Source: Armatimonadota bacterium (GTDB taxonomy: Bacteria; Armatimonadota; Fimbriimonadia; Fimbriimonadales; GBS-DC). From it: DNA of 34,251 nt. The notes under the pieces were generated by a model, which saw only the letters and a program-made list of their open reading frames with translations, had not been told where the DNA came from and made no database searches. Positions within the stretch are counted from its first letter, which is position 1; each line of letters starts with the position of its first letter. The position numbers were made by a program, and so were the translations under genes. Where the stretch lies: assembly GCA_037445735.1 (NCBI GenBank), contig JBBIJY010000016.1:20125-54375 (forward strand). The letters are read 5' to 3'. Of this stretch, positions 27,681 to 34,251 are shown piece after piece.

Positions 27681-28310
27681 ATGCGCATGCGCTGGCTGAT
27701 GAACCTGGCGTGGGCGTTGCTCGCGCTCGCACTGCTAATGTTGCTGCTCGCGCTCTGGCGACGGCACGGCGCGCTGGTCGCCCACAACGAGCCGCTGCCC
27801 ATACTGGGCGTGGTCAACACCAACTTCACGCTCACCACCCAGTGGGGCGATCCGCTCTCGCTGAGCGATCTCAAAGGCAAGGTGTGGGTCGCCTACTTCT
27901 TCTTCAGCAGCTGCCCCAGCATCTGCCCCGTCATGAACCGCAACATGACCGCTGTGCAGGCAGCCATTCGGGATCAGCCAGACACCCTGATTGTGGGCTT
28001 CACCGTTGACCCCGACACCGATAAGCCTGCCGTGTTGCGTCGCTATGGCGAGAACTTCGGTGTGCAGAAGGGTAAATGGTACTATCTTACGGGCGATAAG
28101 AAGATTATCTATCGCGTCGCCCGCCAGAGCTTCAAACTGGCTGCTGAACCCGCTAAGGGCGTGCAACCGGGCAGCACTCGCGACTTCATCCACAGCGAAA
28201 AGTTCGTGCTGGTTGACCGCCAGGGGCGCATCCGCGGTTACTACACGGGCACCGACAGAACCTCCGTCCAGCAACTGATTGCCGATATTGAGCGGCTGCT
28301 GAAGGAGTAA
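27681..28310 (+). CDS. SCO1/SenC copper chaperone
   Basis: N-terminal TM helix, FFSSCPSICP (CxxxC), TVDPDTD, IHSEKFVLVD. Confidence 0.93.
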   Translation: MRMRWLMNLAWALLALALLMLLLALWRRHGALVAHNEPLPILGVVNTNFTLTTQWGDPLSLSDLKGKVWVAYFFFSSCPSICPVMNRNMTAVQAAIRDQPDTLIVGFTVDPDTDKPAVLRRYGENFGVQKGKWYYLTGDKKIIYRVARQSFKLAAEPAKGVQPGSTRDFIHSEKFVLVDRQGRIRGYYTGTDRTSVQQLIADIERLLKE

Positions 28311-28343
28311 AAAAACGAAAGCCCCATCCATCATGAATGGGGC
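28309..28343 (-). terminator. Intrinsic terminator after the pilin gene
   Basis: gccccat-N9-atggggc hairpin followed on the minus strand by tttcgttttttt. Confidence 0.75.
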
Positions 28344-28371
28344 ATTAAGGGTGTGAAGGCGTTTCAGGCGA

Positions 28372-28722
28372 TTACAGGCTGTGATCGCCGCCAATGCTGC
28401 AGGTCGGGTTCGTACTCATGTTGCCAATCGTGTAGGTTCCACCCGATGGACAACTCGGCCAGGTCTGGATAAAGGTGGGCGACAGGTCAGCCTGAGACGG
28501 TGTAGCTGTCGGACCCTGGTTGTTCGCCATAGCCCACTGCTCTTTGGCAGCCTGAATCTGGCGCAGGTTCGAGCGGCAGGCGTTGGCGCGTGAACGCTCA
28601 CGGGCGCTCATAAAGTTCGGCACGGCAATCGCCAGCAGGATGCCGATAATCAGCACCACGATCATAATCTCGACGAGCGTGAAGCCTCGCTCGCGGCGTC
28701 GGTTCATCAGCTTGCGCATCAT
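28372..28722 (-). CDS. Type IV pilin / pseudopilin
   Basis: RRRERG-FTLVEIMIVVLIIGILLAIAVPNF (class III signal, E5); C-terminal CPSGG.Y...PTCS; strong SD and own terminator. Confidence 0.92.
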   Translation of the reverse strand: MMRKLMNRRRERGFTLVEIMIVVLIIGILLAIAVPNFMSARERSRANACRSNLRQIQAAKEQWAMANNQGPTATPSQADLSPTFIQTWPSCPSGGTYTIGNMSTNPTCSIGGDHSL

Positions 28723-28927
28723 CGTATCTCCCTCCATCCTCCTTATTCTCGGCTGGCAGGGGAGAAAACCCTGATGGTTCGGGCGGCGGTGGCTACGGTC
28801 TCTCCCCCACTGCTGGCTTTATTCCATAGCCCCCTGCCCCGATTCACCTGTTAAGAGTGCGGGTTTTTGCGTCTGCACCCGACCATGAGGTGTCCACCGA
28901 TAGCGACTTCTGTCCCTTTCTAACGGC

Positions 28928-29527
28928 ATGAAAACGATTCGGCAACGGCAGCGGGCACGCTTTTCACACCAGTGGGTGGCGCAGGAGATTGCAAACGCCT
29001 TTCAACTTCCGCTTTTGAGTGTGCCCGTGCAGATGGCGACGAACACTTTCCTGCAGCTGGCACGCCATCAGCAGGGGTCTCCGAGACGGGCGCGGCAACT
29101 GCCGCCTTCTCTCTGGCTGGCGGTGCGCGAGGAAGCCTGCCAGTTCTGCCTGCAAACGCTGGCACACCTCATTGGGCTGGAGCAGGGACCCGACGCCGTG
29201 GATCCGTCTTTAGTACAGCTTTATGACGATTTCTTAAACAGAGTGCGTGCCTATCTGGAGTCGCCTGCACCAGGGATAAGCGAGGCGGAATCGGGCATGT
29301 CGTTTGCCGAGCGGTTGCGGTATGAACAGGCGCTGTGGCAGTCGGCGCGGGCGGCGCTGGAGCTGTGTCAGAAATGGCGGCAGGCGCTCTCACAGCACGA
29401 AATGCCAGAAGACCGCACCCGTGATACGGCGAGCGGTGATCTCGGCGCCTGCCGAGAAGCCCAGCCGCAGACGCACGCCCGCAAAGAGCGAACTGCCCCG
29501 CGGCGTCAGCACGCCCGTAACAAATAG
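28928..29527 (+). CDS. Hypothetical protein
   Basis: Longest ORF filling the 28928-29390 gap; helical composition; last 138 nt overlap the convergent hydrolase; no SD. Confidence 0.5.
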   Translation: MKTIRQRQRARFSHQWVAQEIANAFQLPLLSVPVQMATNTFLQLARHQQGSPRRARQLPPSLWLAVREEACQFCLQTLAHLIGLEQGPDAVDPSLVQLYDDFLNRVRAYLESPAPGISEAESGMSFAERLRYEQALWQSARAALELCQKWRQALSQHEMPEDRTRDTASGDLGACREAQPQTHARKERTAPRRQHARNK

Positions 29528-30583
29528 CGTGCCACGCTTGTCCGAGCGCCAGAGATCAAGCCCCAGCGCGAGCCGAAAGTCGCGGTCGGGACTGTAGAGC
29601 GCACCGATTCGCACCGTTGGCACCAGCGGGCTGGATTCGGCAGGCGGCACTTTGCCAGCGAAGCGTGCCGCCAGATAGCGGCGCACCATCCGAAACAGCG
29701 GGCGCTGCACCAGCGCACCCCCAAAGTGCCCCGTGTTCAACCAGAACACGCGCGGGTTGCCCAGCGCACGCACCAGCTTCTCGGTGTCTTCCGTCGGCAC
29801 CACGATATCGAACCGTGCCCCGATCACGAAGCTCTTCTCGCCATGCGCTGGGTTCAACCGATAAAGCGGCTCCACATCCGCCAGCGCCTCGCGCAGTCGT
29901 TGCAGTGTATAGCCCTGCGCGCGCAGCTGCGCGCGCGTGCGCACCGTCAGCACCGAGTGCCACAGAATGTGCGCCAGGTCAACGCCGCCCAGAATCAGCA
30001 CCGCGCTGTGCAGGCGCGGCTCCACGCTCAGCACGGTTGCACCCATAATCGCGCCCAAACTGATGCCCACCAGCCCGATGCGCGTGGCGTCCACTTCAGG
30101 CTGGCGTGAGAGCCAGTCGATGGCACGGCGCGCATCCCACACCGCCTGAATCAGCGACTGACGCAGCAACGCCACATCGCCTTTTAGAATCAGATCGCCA
30201 CTCTCGGAGCCCGGTGGCGTGCGCTGCATGTGGTATGGCAGAGTGAGCACCAGCACAGCAATCTGGTGCCGAACCAGCTCGCGTGCCAGCGATAGCTCCA
30301 GATCGGGTTCTCGAATGCCCAGACTGTGCAGTAAGAGAGCGGCAGGCAACCGCTCCTGACCTGCCGATTCAGGCACAAGCCACCAGCCATACACCGTGTT
30401 ATTGGCGGGATATGGGCTGTTAAAGGCGCTGGGAAACTCCACCCGATACTCCCGATAGCCATCCCGCTGCACAACGGCGGTGAATCGGGAGGGGAACACA
30501 GGGTCAATCGGGTCTTCAAGTGTTTGGGGGTGGGCAACGCTCAGTCCCAGCAGGCTGATGAGGGCGAACCTGCGAAGGTTCAT
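29390..30583 (-). CDS. Secreted alpha/beta hydrolase with beta-strand-rich C-terminal extension
   Basis: Signal peptide; GISLG nucleophile elbow; FDIVVP (Asp); TGHFG (His); SD ggaggt. Confidence 0.85.
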   Translation of the reverse strand: MNLRRFALISLLGLSVAHPQTLEDPIDPVFPSRFTAVVQRDGYREYRVEFPSAFNSPYPANNTVYGWWLVPESAGQERLPAALLLHSLGIREPDLELSLARELVRHQIAVLVLTLPYHMQRTPPGSESGDLILKGDVALLRQSLIQAVWDARRAIDWLSRQPEVDATRIGLVGISLGAIMGATVLSVEPRLHSAVLILGGVDLAHILWHSVLTVRTRAQLRAQGYTLQRLREALADVEPLYRLNPAHGEKSFVIGARFDIVVPTEDTEKLVRALGNPRVFWLNTGHFGGALVQRPLFRMVRRYLAARFAGKVPPAESSPLVPTVRIGALYSPDRDFRLALGLDLWRSDKRGTLFVTGVLTPRGSSLFAGVRLRLGFSAGAEITARRITGAVFWHFVL

Positions 30584-30768
30584 GACCGCACCTCCTGGCG
30601 AGCCAGCGCGTTCAGGACGAGCCAGACAATACTGATGGTCAATAGCACGGCATAAAGCGCTGCGCCAACCCGTGCCAGCGGGTCATCGACGCCAAGATTA
30701 AGCAGATTGCCGCTCACAAAGCCCAGCAGGGCTATTAGCAGCCAGCCGAATGCTATAGCGCTCCGCAT
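30580..30768 (-). CDS. Small 2-TM membrane protein
   Basis: 62 aa, two hydrophobic helices; overlaps the aroB end by 16 nt and the hydrolase start by ATGA. Confidence 0.7.
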   Translation of the reverse strand: MRSAIAFGWLLIALLGFVSGNLLNLGVDDPLARVGAALYAVLLTISIVWLVLNALARQEVRS

Positions 30769-32372
30769 CGTCGAAGTGCCTCCCGCATCGCTTCGATGGG
30801 CACCTCATTCACCAGTTGTGCCTGTCCGATTGTCGTCAGCAGCACGCACGAGAGCCGATTGCCGATACGCTTCTTATCATGTTGCATCGCTGCGAGCAGT
30901 TGCTCGGTTGACAGGGAGGGCAACCGGGTGGGCAGTCCCACGGCTTTCAGCATTGCATCCAGCTCCTTCACCGCTTCGTCAGGCGTAATGCCCAGCAGGG
31001 CGCCCAGCTCGGCTTCCGCACGCATTCCTGCCGCTACCGCCTCGCCATGCAACCATTGTCGGTAGTTCAGCCGAGCTTCTATCGCGTGCCCGACGGTGTG
31101 CCCGAAGTTGAGCAGGGCACGCAGCCCGCGCTCATCGCGTTCGTCCTGCGCCACAATACGCGCTTTGATCGCCGCGCATCGAGCAATCGGCAGCAGCCAG
31201 TCGCCTGGCGCCCGACTCAGGCGTCGGCGTGACGGGTGGGTCAGAAGCGTCTGCAGGCGCAGCCAGAGCGCACGCTCCAGCGCAGCCCCGTACTTGAGCA
31301 TCTCTGCCAGCCCGTTGCGCCAGTGGCGGGCGGGCAGCCCCCGCAGCAGTTCGGGATCAATCAGCACCAGCAGCGGCTGGTGGAACGCGCCCACCAGATT
31401 CTTGCCCTCTGGCAGATCGACAGCCACCTTGCCACCGATGCTGGCATCCACCTGTGCCAGCAGTGTCGTTGGAACCTGTACGAGCGGGATACCGCGCATG
31501 TAGGTTGCCGCGACGAAGCCACCCAGATCACCCAGCATGCCACCGCCCAGCACAATCAGCACACTGCGTCGATCCAGCTGCGCCGTCAGCAATGCCCGAT
31601 AGAGGCGAGCGGCAGTGTGCAGGGTCTTGAACCGTTCGCCCGCCGGCACCAGAAGGAGCTGCGCTGGAATGCCCTGTGCCTGAAGCGCACGCACCAGTCC
31701 CTCCCCTTCCACTTGCAGCACGCGATGGGTCAGCACGGCGACCCGACTCGGTGAACAGCGTTCCAGCAGGTGCGTCGCCAGCTGATGGCGGATGCCGGGC
31801 GCCAGCCGAATCTCGCTCGGCTGACCCGATTCGGGGGTGATGGAAATGGATAAAGGCGATTCGGGTGTGGGTGCGACCAGCCGGTGGAGCTGTTCCGCTA
31901 CCCCATCGGGCGTATGGTCATCGGTCGGCACAACCCAGTCCGCTTCCTGGTAGAGCGGCTCGCGTTGCCGGGCGATGTGCTGAAGCGCCTGCAGGGGTGT
32001 GGGTGCACTTTGCAGCAGAGGGCGCGTGCGGGTGTCACGAATGCGCTGGATGAGCGTTTCGGGGCGAGCCTGCAGGTAGAAAATCCAGCCGTGCTGGCGC
32101 ATCAGTGCACGGTTGCCTGCATCCAGTACGGTACCGCCCCCTGTCGCCACGACGCCAGGTGGCTGTTGCACGACCCGCTGCAGCTGCTCGCGCTCCAGCT
32201 GGCGGAAGCCTGCCTCGCCCCGTTCAGCAAAGATGCGGGCGATGCTCGCGCCTGCCGCCGTTTCAATCAGTGTATCCAGGTCGTAAAAGGGACAACGCAA
32301 TTGCTGGGCAAGCCTGCGCCCCACCACGCTTTTGCCCGCGCCCATGTTGCCCGTGAGAAAGACAAACCGCAT
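30753..32372 (-). CDS. aroKB: Bifunctional shikimate kinase / 3-dehydroquinate synthase (AroK-AroB fusion)
   Basis: GNMGAGKS, GEAGFRQLE, ATGGG, RPLL; then GGGMLGDLGGF, PTTLLAQVDASIGGK, KNLVGAF, LNFGHTVGHAIE, HGEAVA. Confidence 0.95.
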   Translation of the reverse strand: MRFVFLTGNMGAGKSVVGRRLAQQLRCPFYDLDTLIETAAGASIARIFAERGEAGFRQLEREQLQRVVQQPPGVVATGGGTVLDAGNRALMRQHGWIFYLQARPETLIQRIRDTRTRPLLQSAPTPLQALQHIARQREPLYQEADWVVPTDDHTPDGVAEQLHRLVAPTPESPLSISITPESGQPSEIRLAPGIRHQLATHLLERCSPSRVAVLTHRVLQVEGEGLVRALQAQGIPAQLLLVPAGERFKTLHTAARLYRALLTAQLDRRSVLIVLGGGMLGDLGGFVAATYMRGIPLVQVPTTLLAQVDASIGGKVAVDLPEGKNLVGAFHQPLLVLIDPELLRGLPARHWRNGLAEMLKYGAALERALWLRLQTLLTHPSRRRLSRAPGDWLLPIARCAAIKARIVAQDERDERGLRALLNFGHTVGHAIEARLNYRQWLHGEAVAAGMRAEAELGALLGITPDEAVKELDAMLKAVGLPTRLPSLSTEQLLAAMQHDKKRIGNRLSCVLLTTIGQAQLVNEVPIEAMREALRRCGAL

Positions 32373-32377
32373 CCCTG

Positions 32378-32414
32378 TAAAAGTTCAGCAGGGGTCGGTC
32401 AACCCCTGCTGAAC
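32378..32414 (-). terminator. Hairpin/terminator after the secretin gene
   Basis: Perfect 13-bp stem gttcagcaggggt / acccctgctgaac, 6-nt loop, followed by TTTT on the minus strand. Confidence 0.7.
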
Positions 32415-32441
32415 CGATGAAGGAGTCGTTTGACCCGGATT

Positions 32442-34070
32442 TCAGGGTGTCAGCCCGCCCGATGATGAGCCTTCCTCGATCACGGTCGCCGTAATGAAGA
32501 TGAGCAGCTCGCTCTCCACAATGGCGCGGTCTTTGCTGCGGAAGAATTGACCGATCAGGGGCAGGTCCCCTAAAATGGGGATTTTGAGCGTGCTGCTATT
32601 GTCCGAGCGGGTCACCAGCCCGCCGATGACCATCGTTTCGCCGTTTTTGATCCGACGCACCGTGAACACGGATTGCGTATCGATGCGTGGTAACAGGTTA
32701 GCTCCCACCTGAACACGCCCGCTGATGGTCGCGATCTGGGGACTGAGTGCCAGCGTGATGGTTCCGTCCGCGTTCACACGGGGCGTCACCACCAGGAAGG
32801 TAGGTACCTGAATCAGGGTGGGCTGCGTGAAGGTGGTTGGGCGTCCGTTCTGGTCAAAAATGATGAACTGCTGCTCGATATAGTCGCTGGTGACGAAGGA
32901 CACAATCGCGGGGCTGTTGTTCATCGTGGTGACGATGGGGGCATTCACCACGCGCCCGCGTCCCTGACTGAGCAGCGCACGGAGATTGGCTGCCAGATTG
33001 CCTGTGGCGTAATTGACGAACACGGGTGCGGTGCGGTCAGCAAGCCCGCTGGCGCCTGCGGTGAGATTAACCCGTGCCAAGTTCCAGTCGATGCCGAACT
33101 TTTCGGCGTCGTTACGGGACACCGTAACGAACTCCGCCCGAATCAGCACCTGTTTGGGCGCGACATCGAGGAATCGCAGGATTCGGCGGATATATTCGAT
33201 GGCGTCGGGCGTGCCGCGCACAATCAACGAGTTATCCATATCGTTGGCGACGATGCCTTCCAGACCCTCGGGCTGGAAGATGCTAATCGCGCCACCTGGC
33301 TGACCGAATCCACCGGGCGCACCCGGACCGCCCGGCTGACCGAATCCACCGCCGGGGGCGCCCGGAGCGCCCGGCTGACCGAAGCCTCCCGGCTGACCGA
33401 AGCCGCGACCGCCACGACCACCCACATACTGCCCTTCGCCCCCCTCCGCAGGTTGCGGGTTCGGCGCCGTTGGATTAAGAACGGGCGGGCTGGCACTGGA
33501 GGGCACAGCGGGCGTGCCGTCGATTTTCAGAGGCACGGCGGGCGGCACCACAGCGCGCGGTGCCGTGCCGCCCAGTGTCCGATTGACAAACTCGCGCAAC
33601 TCGGCAAACGGATCATCGGTCATCATCTCGGTTTTGATGATGCGCACGATGTCCGAGGCGCGACTATAGCGCAACGGGATATGCTCCGTGATAATTTGCG
33701 GCTTGGGAGCCGCTTCGGGCAACGCTGTTGCCGCAGGCGGAGTGCTTTCCGGTTTGGGGCGCACCGGACCAATCACATAGACCCCATTAGCCTCCTTGCG
33801 GTAGGTCGCCCCTGCCGCCTGACAGATATAACCCAGCGCCTGTTCGAACGGCTTCTGATCCAGCTTCAGGAAACTGATTTTCTTGTAGGGCTGATCCGTG
33901 GGTTCGAACACCACTTCCACATTCGCCTGCTGGGCAATCGCGCGCACGGCAGTGATCAGGTCCGCATCCATCAGGTTCACGGTGACCCGATCCTCCATGC
34001 TCCAGGCACACAGGTTGACCAGCGTGGCAGCCGCAGCTGCCAGTGCCATCCGTTTCATCTCCATTTTCAT
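32442..34070 (-). CDS. Secretin (PilQ/GspD family)
   Basis: Signal peptide; N0/N3-like domains (NSLIVRGT); LDVAPKQVLIRAEF; VTPRVN.DG; GETMVIGGL; KIPILGDLPLIGQFF; ELLIFIT. Confidence 0.93.
   Translation of the reverse strand: MKMEMKRMALAAAAATLVNLCAWSMEDRVTVNLMDADLITAVRAIAQQANVEVVFEPTDQPYKKISFLKLDQKPFEQALGYICQAAGATYRKEANGVYVIGPVRPKPESTPPAATALPEAAPKPQIITEHIPLRYSRASDIVRIIKTEMMTDDPFAELREFVNRTLGGTAPRAVVPPAVPLKIDGTPAVPSSASPPVLNPTAPNPQPAEGGEGQYVGGRGGRGFGQPGGFGQPGAPGAPGGGFGQPGGPGAPGGFGQPGGAISIFQPEGLEGIVANDMDNSLIVRGTPDAIEYIRRILRFLDVAPKQVLIRAEFVTVSRNDAEKFGIDWNLARVNLTAGASGLADRTAPVFVNYATGNLAANLRALLSQGRGRVVNAPIVTTMNNSPAIVSFVTSDYIEQQFIIFDQNGRPTTFTQPTLIQVPTFLVVTPRVNADGTITLALSPQIATISGRVQVGANLLPRIDTQSVFTVRRIKNGETMVIGGLVTRSDNSSTLKIPILGDLPLIGQFFRSKDRAIVESELLIFITATVIEEGSSSGGLTP
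33295..33405 (-). repeat. Four GFGQPG repeats within the secretin
   Basis: ggctgaccgaa(t/g)cc occurs at 33298, 33334, 33373 and 33391. Confidence 0.85.
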
Positions 34071-34100
34071 GGTGCGTCTCCTCCTCCGTGTGATACACCA

Positions 34101-34128
34101 AGGGGCTGAGGGGAACAGCTCAGCCCCT
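34101..34128. other. Intergenic 10-bp perfect hairpin
   Basis: aggggctgag-N8-ctcagcccct; no clear U-tract. Confidence 0.7.
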
Positions 34129-34157
34129 GTGAAACAGGTGGTCAGGTACGGTTTCGA

Positions 34158-34251
34158 TCAGCGTCCAAAGCCGCCGCCGAAGCCGCCACCGCCTCGGAAG
34201 CCGCCGCCACCAAAGCCGCCGCCACCGAAGCCACCGAAACCACCAAAGCCG
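34158..34251 (-). CDS. 3' end of a gene with a Gly/Phe-rich tail (truncated by window)
   Basis: GFGGFGGFGGGGFGGGGFRGGGGFGGGFGR-stop; co-oriented upstream of the secretin. Confidence 0.7.
   Translation of the reverse strand, partial: GFGGFGGFGGGGFGGGGFRGGGGFGGGFGR

Overview
GC-rich bacterial chromosomal segment. It is probably from Armatimonadota, inferred from a dockerin-like-tailed secreted protein, an H-X9-DG prepilin-like protein and a diderm secretin. It holds about 33 genes. Housekeeping: aroC, aroK-aroB fusion, pyrK-pyrD, plsC, rho, dxr-rseP, ctaB/cox3/SCO. Motility and pili: fliK-flgD-flgE behind a near-consensus sigma28 promoter, a type IV pilin and a secretin. Signalling: a REC-HD-GYP protein and an ECF sigma with a ZAS anti-sigma. 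There are also two TA modules (HicBA, MNT-HEPN) and a DUF4129/DUF4350 membrane trio. No rRNA, tRNA, CRISPR array, integrase or transposase was recognised. Most notable: (1) a secreted PHM/DBH-like copper monooxygenase-type protein with a dockerin-like tail whose stop overlaps the aroC start; (2) an ECF sigma split by a single extra base; (3) an alpha/beta hydrolase with a short beta-barrel-like C-terminus; (4) several apparently leaderless promoters; (5) sharply AT-rich in-frame patches inside GC-rich genes; (6) a secreted protein / beta-propeller / prepilin-like operon. All calls are from motif recognition only; no database search was run.
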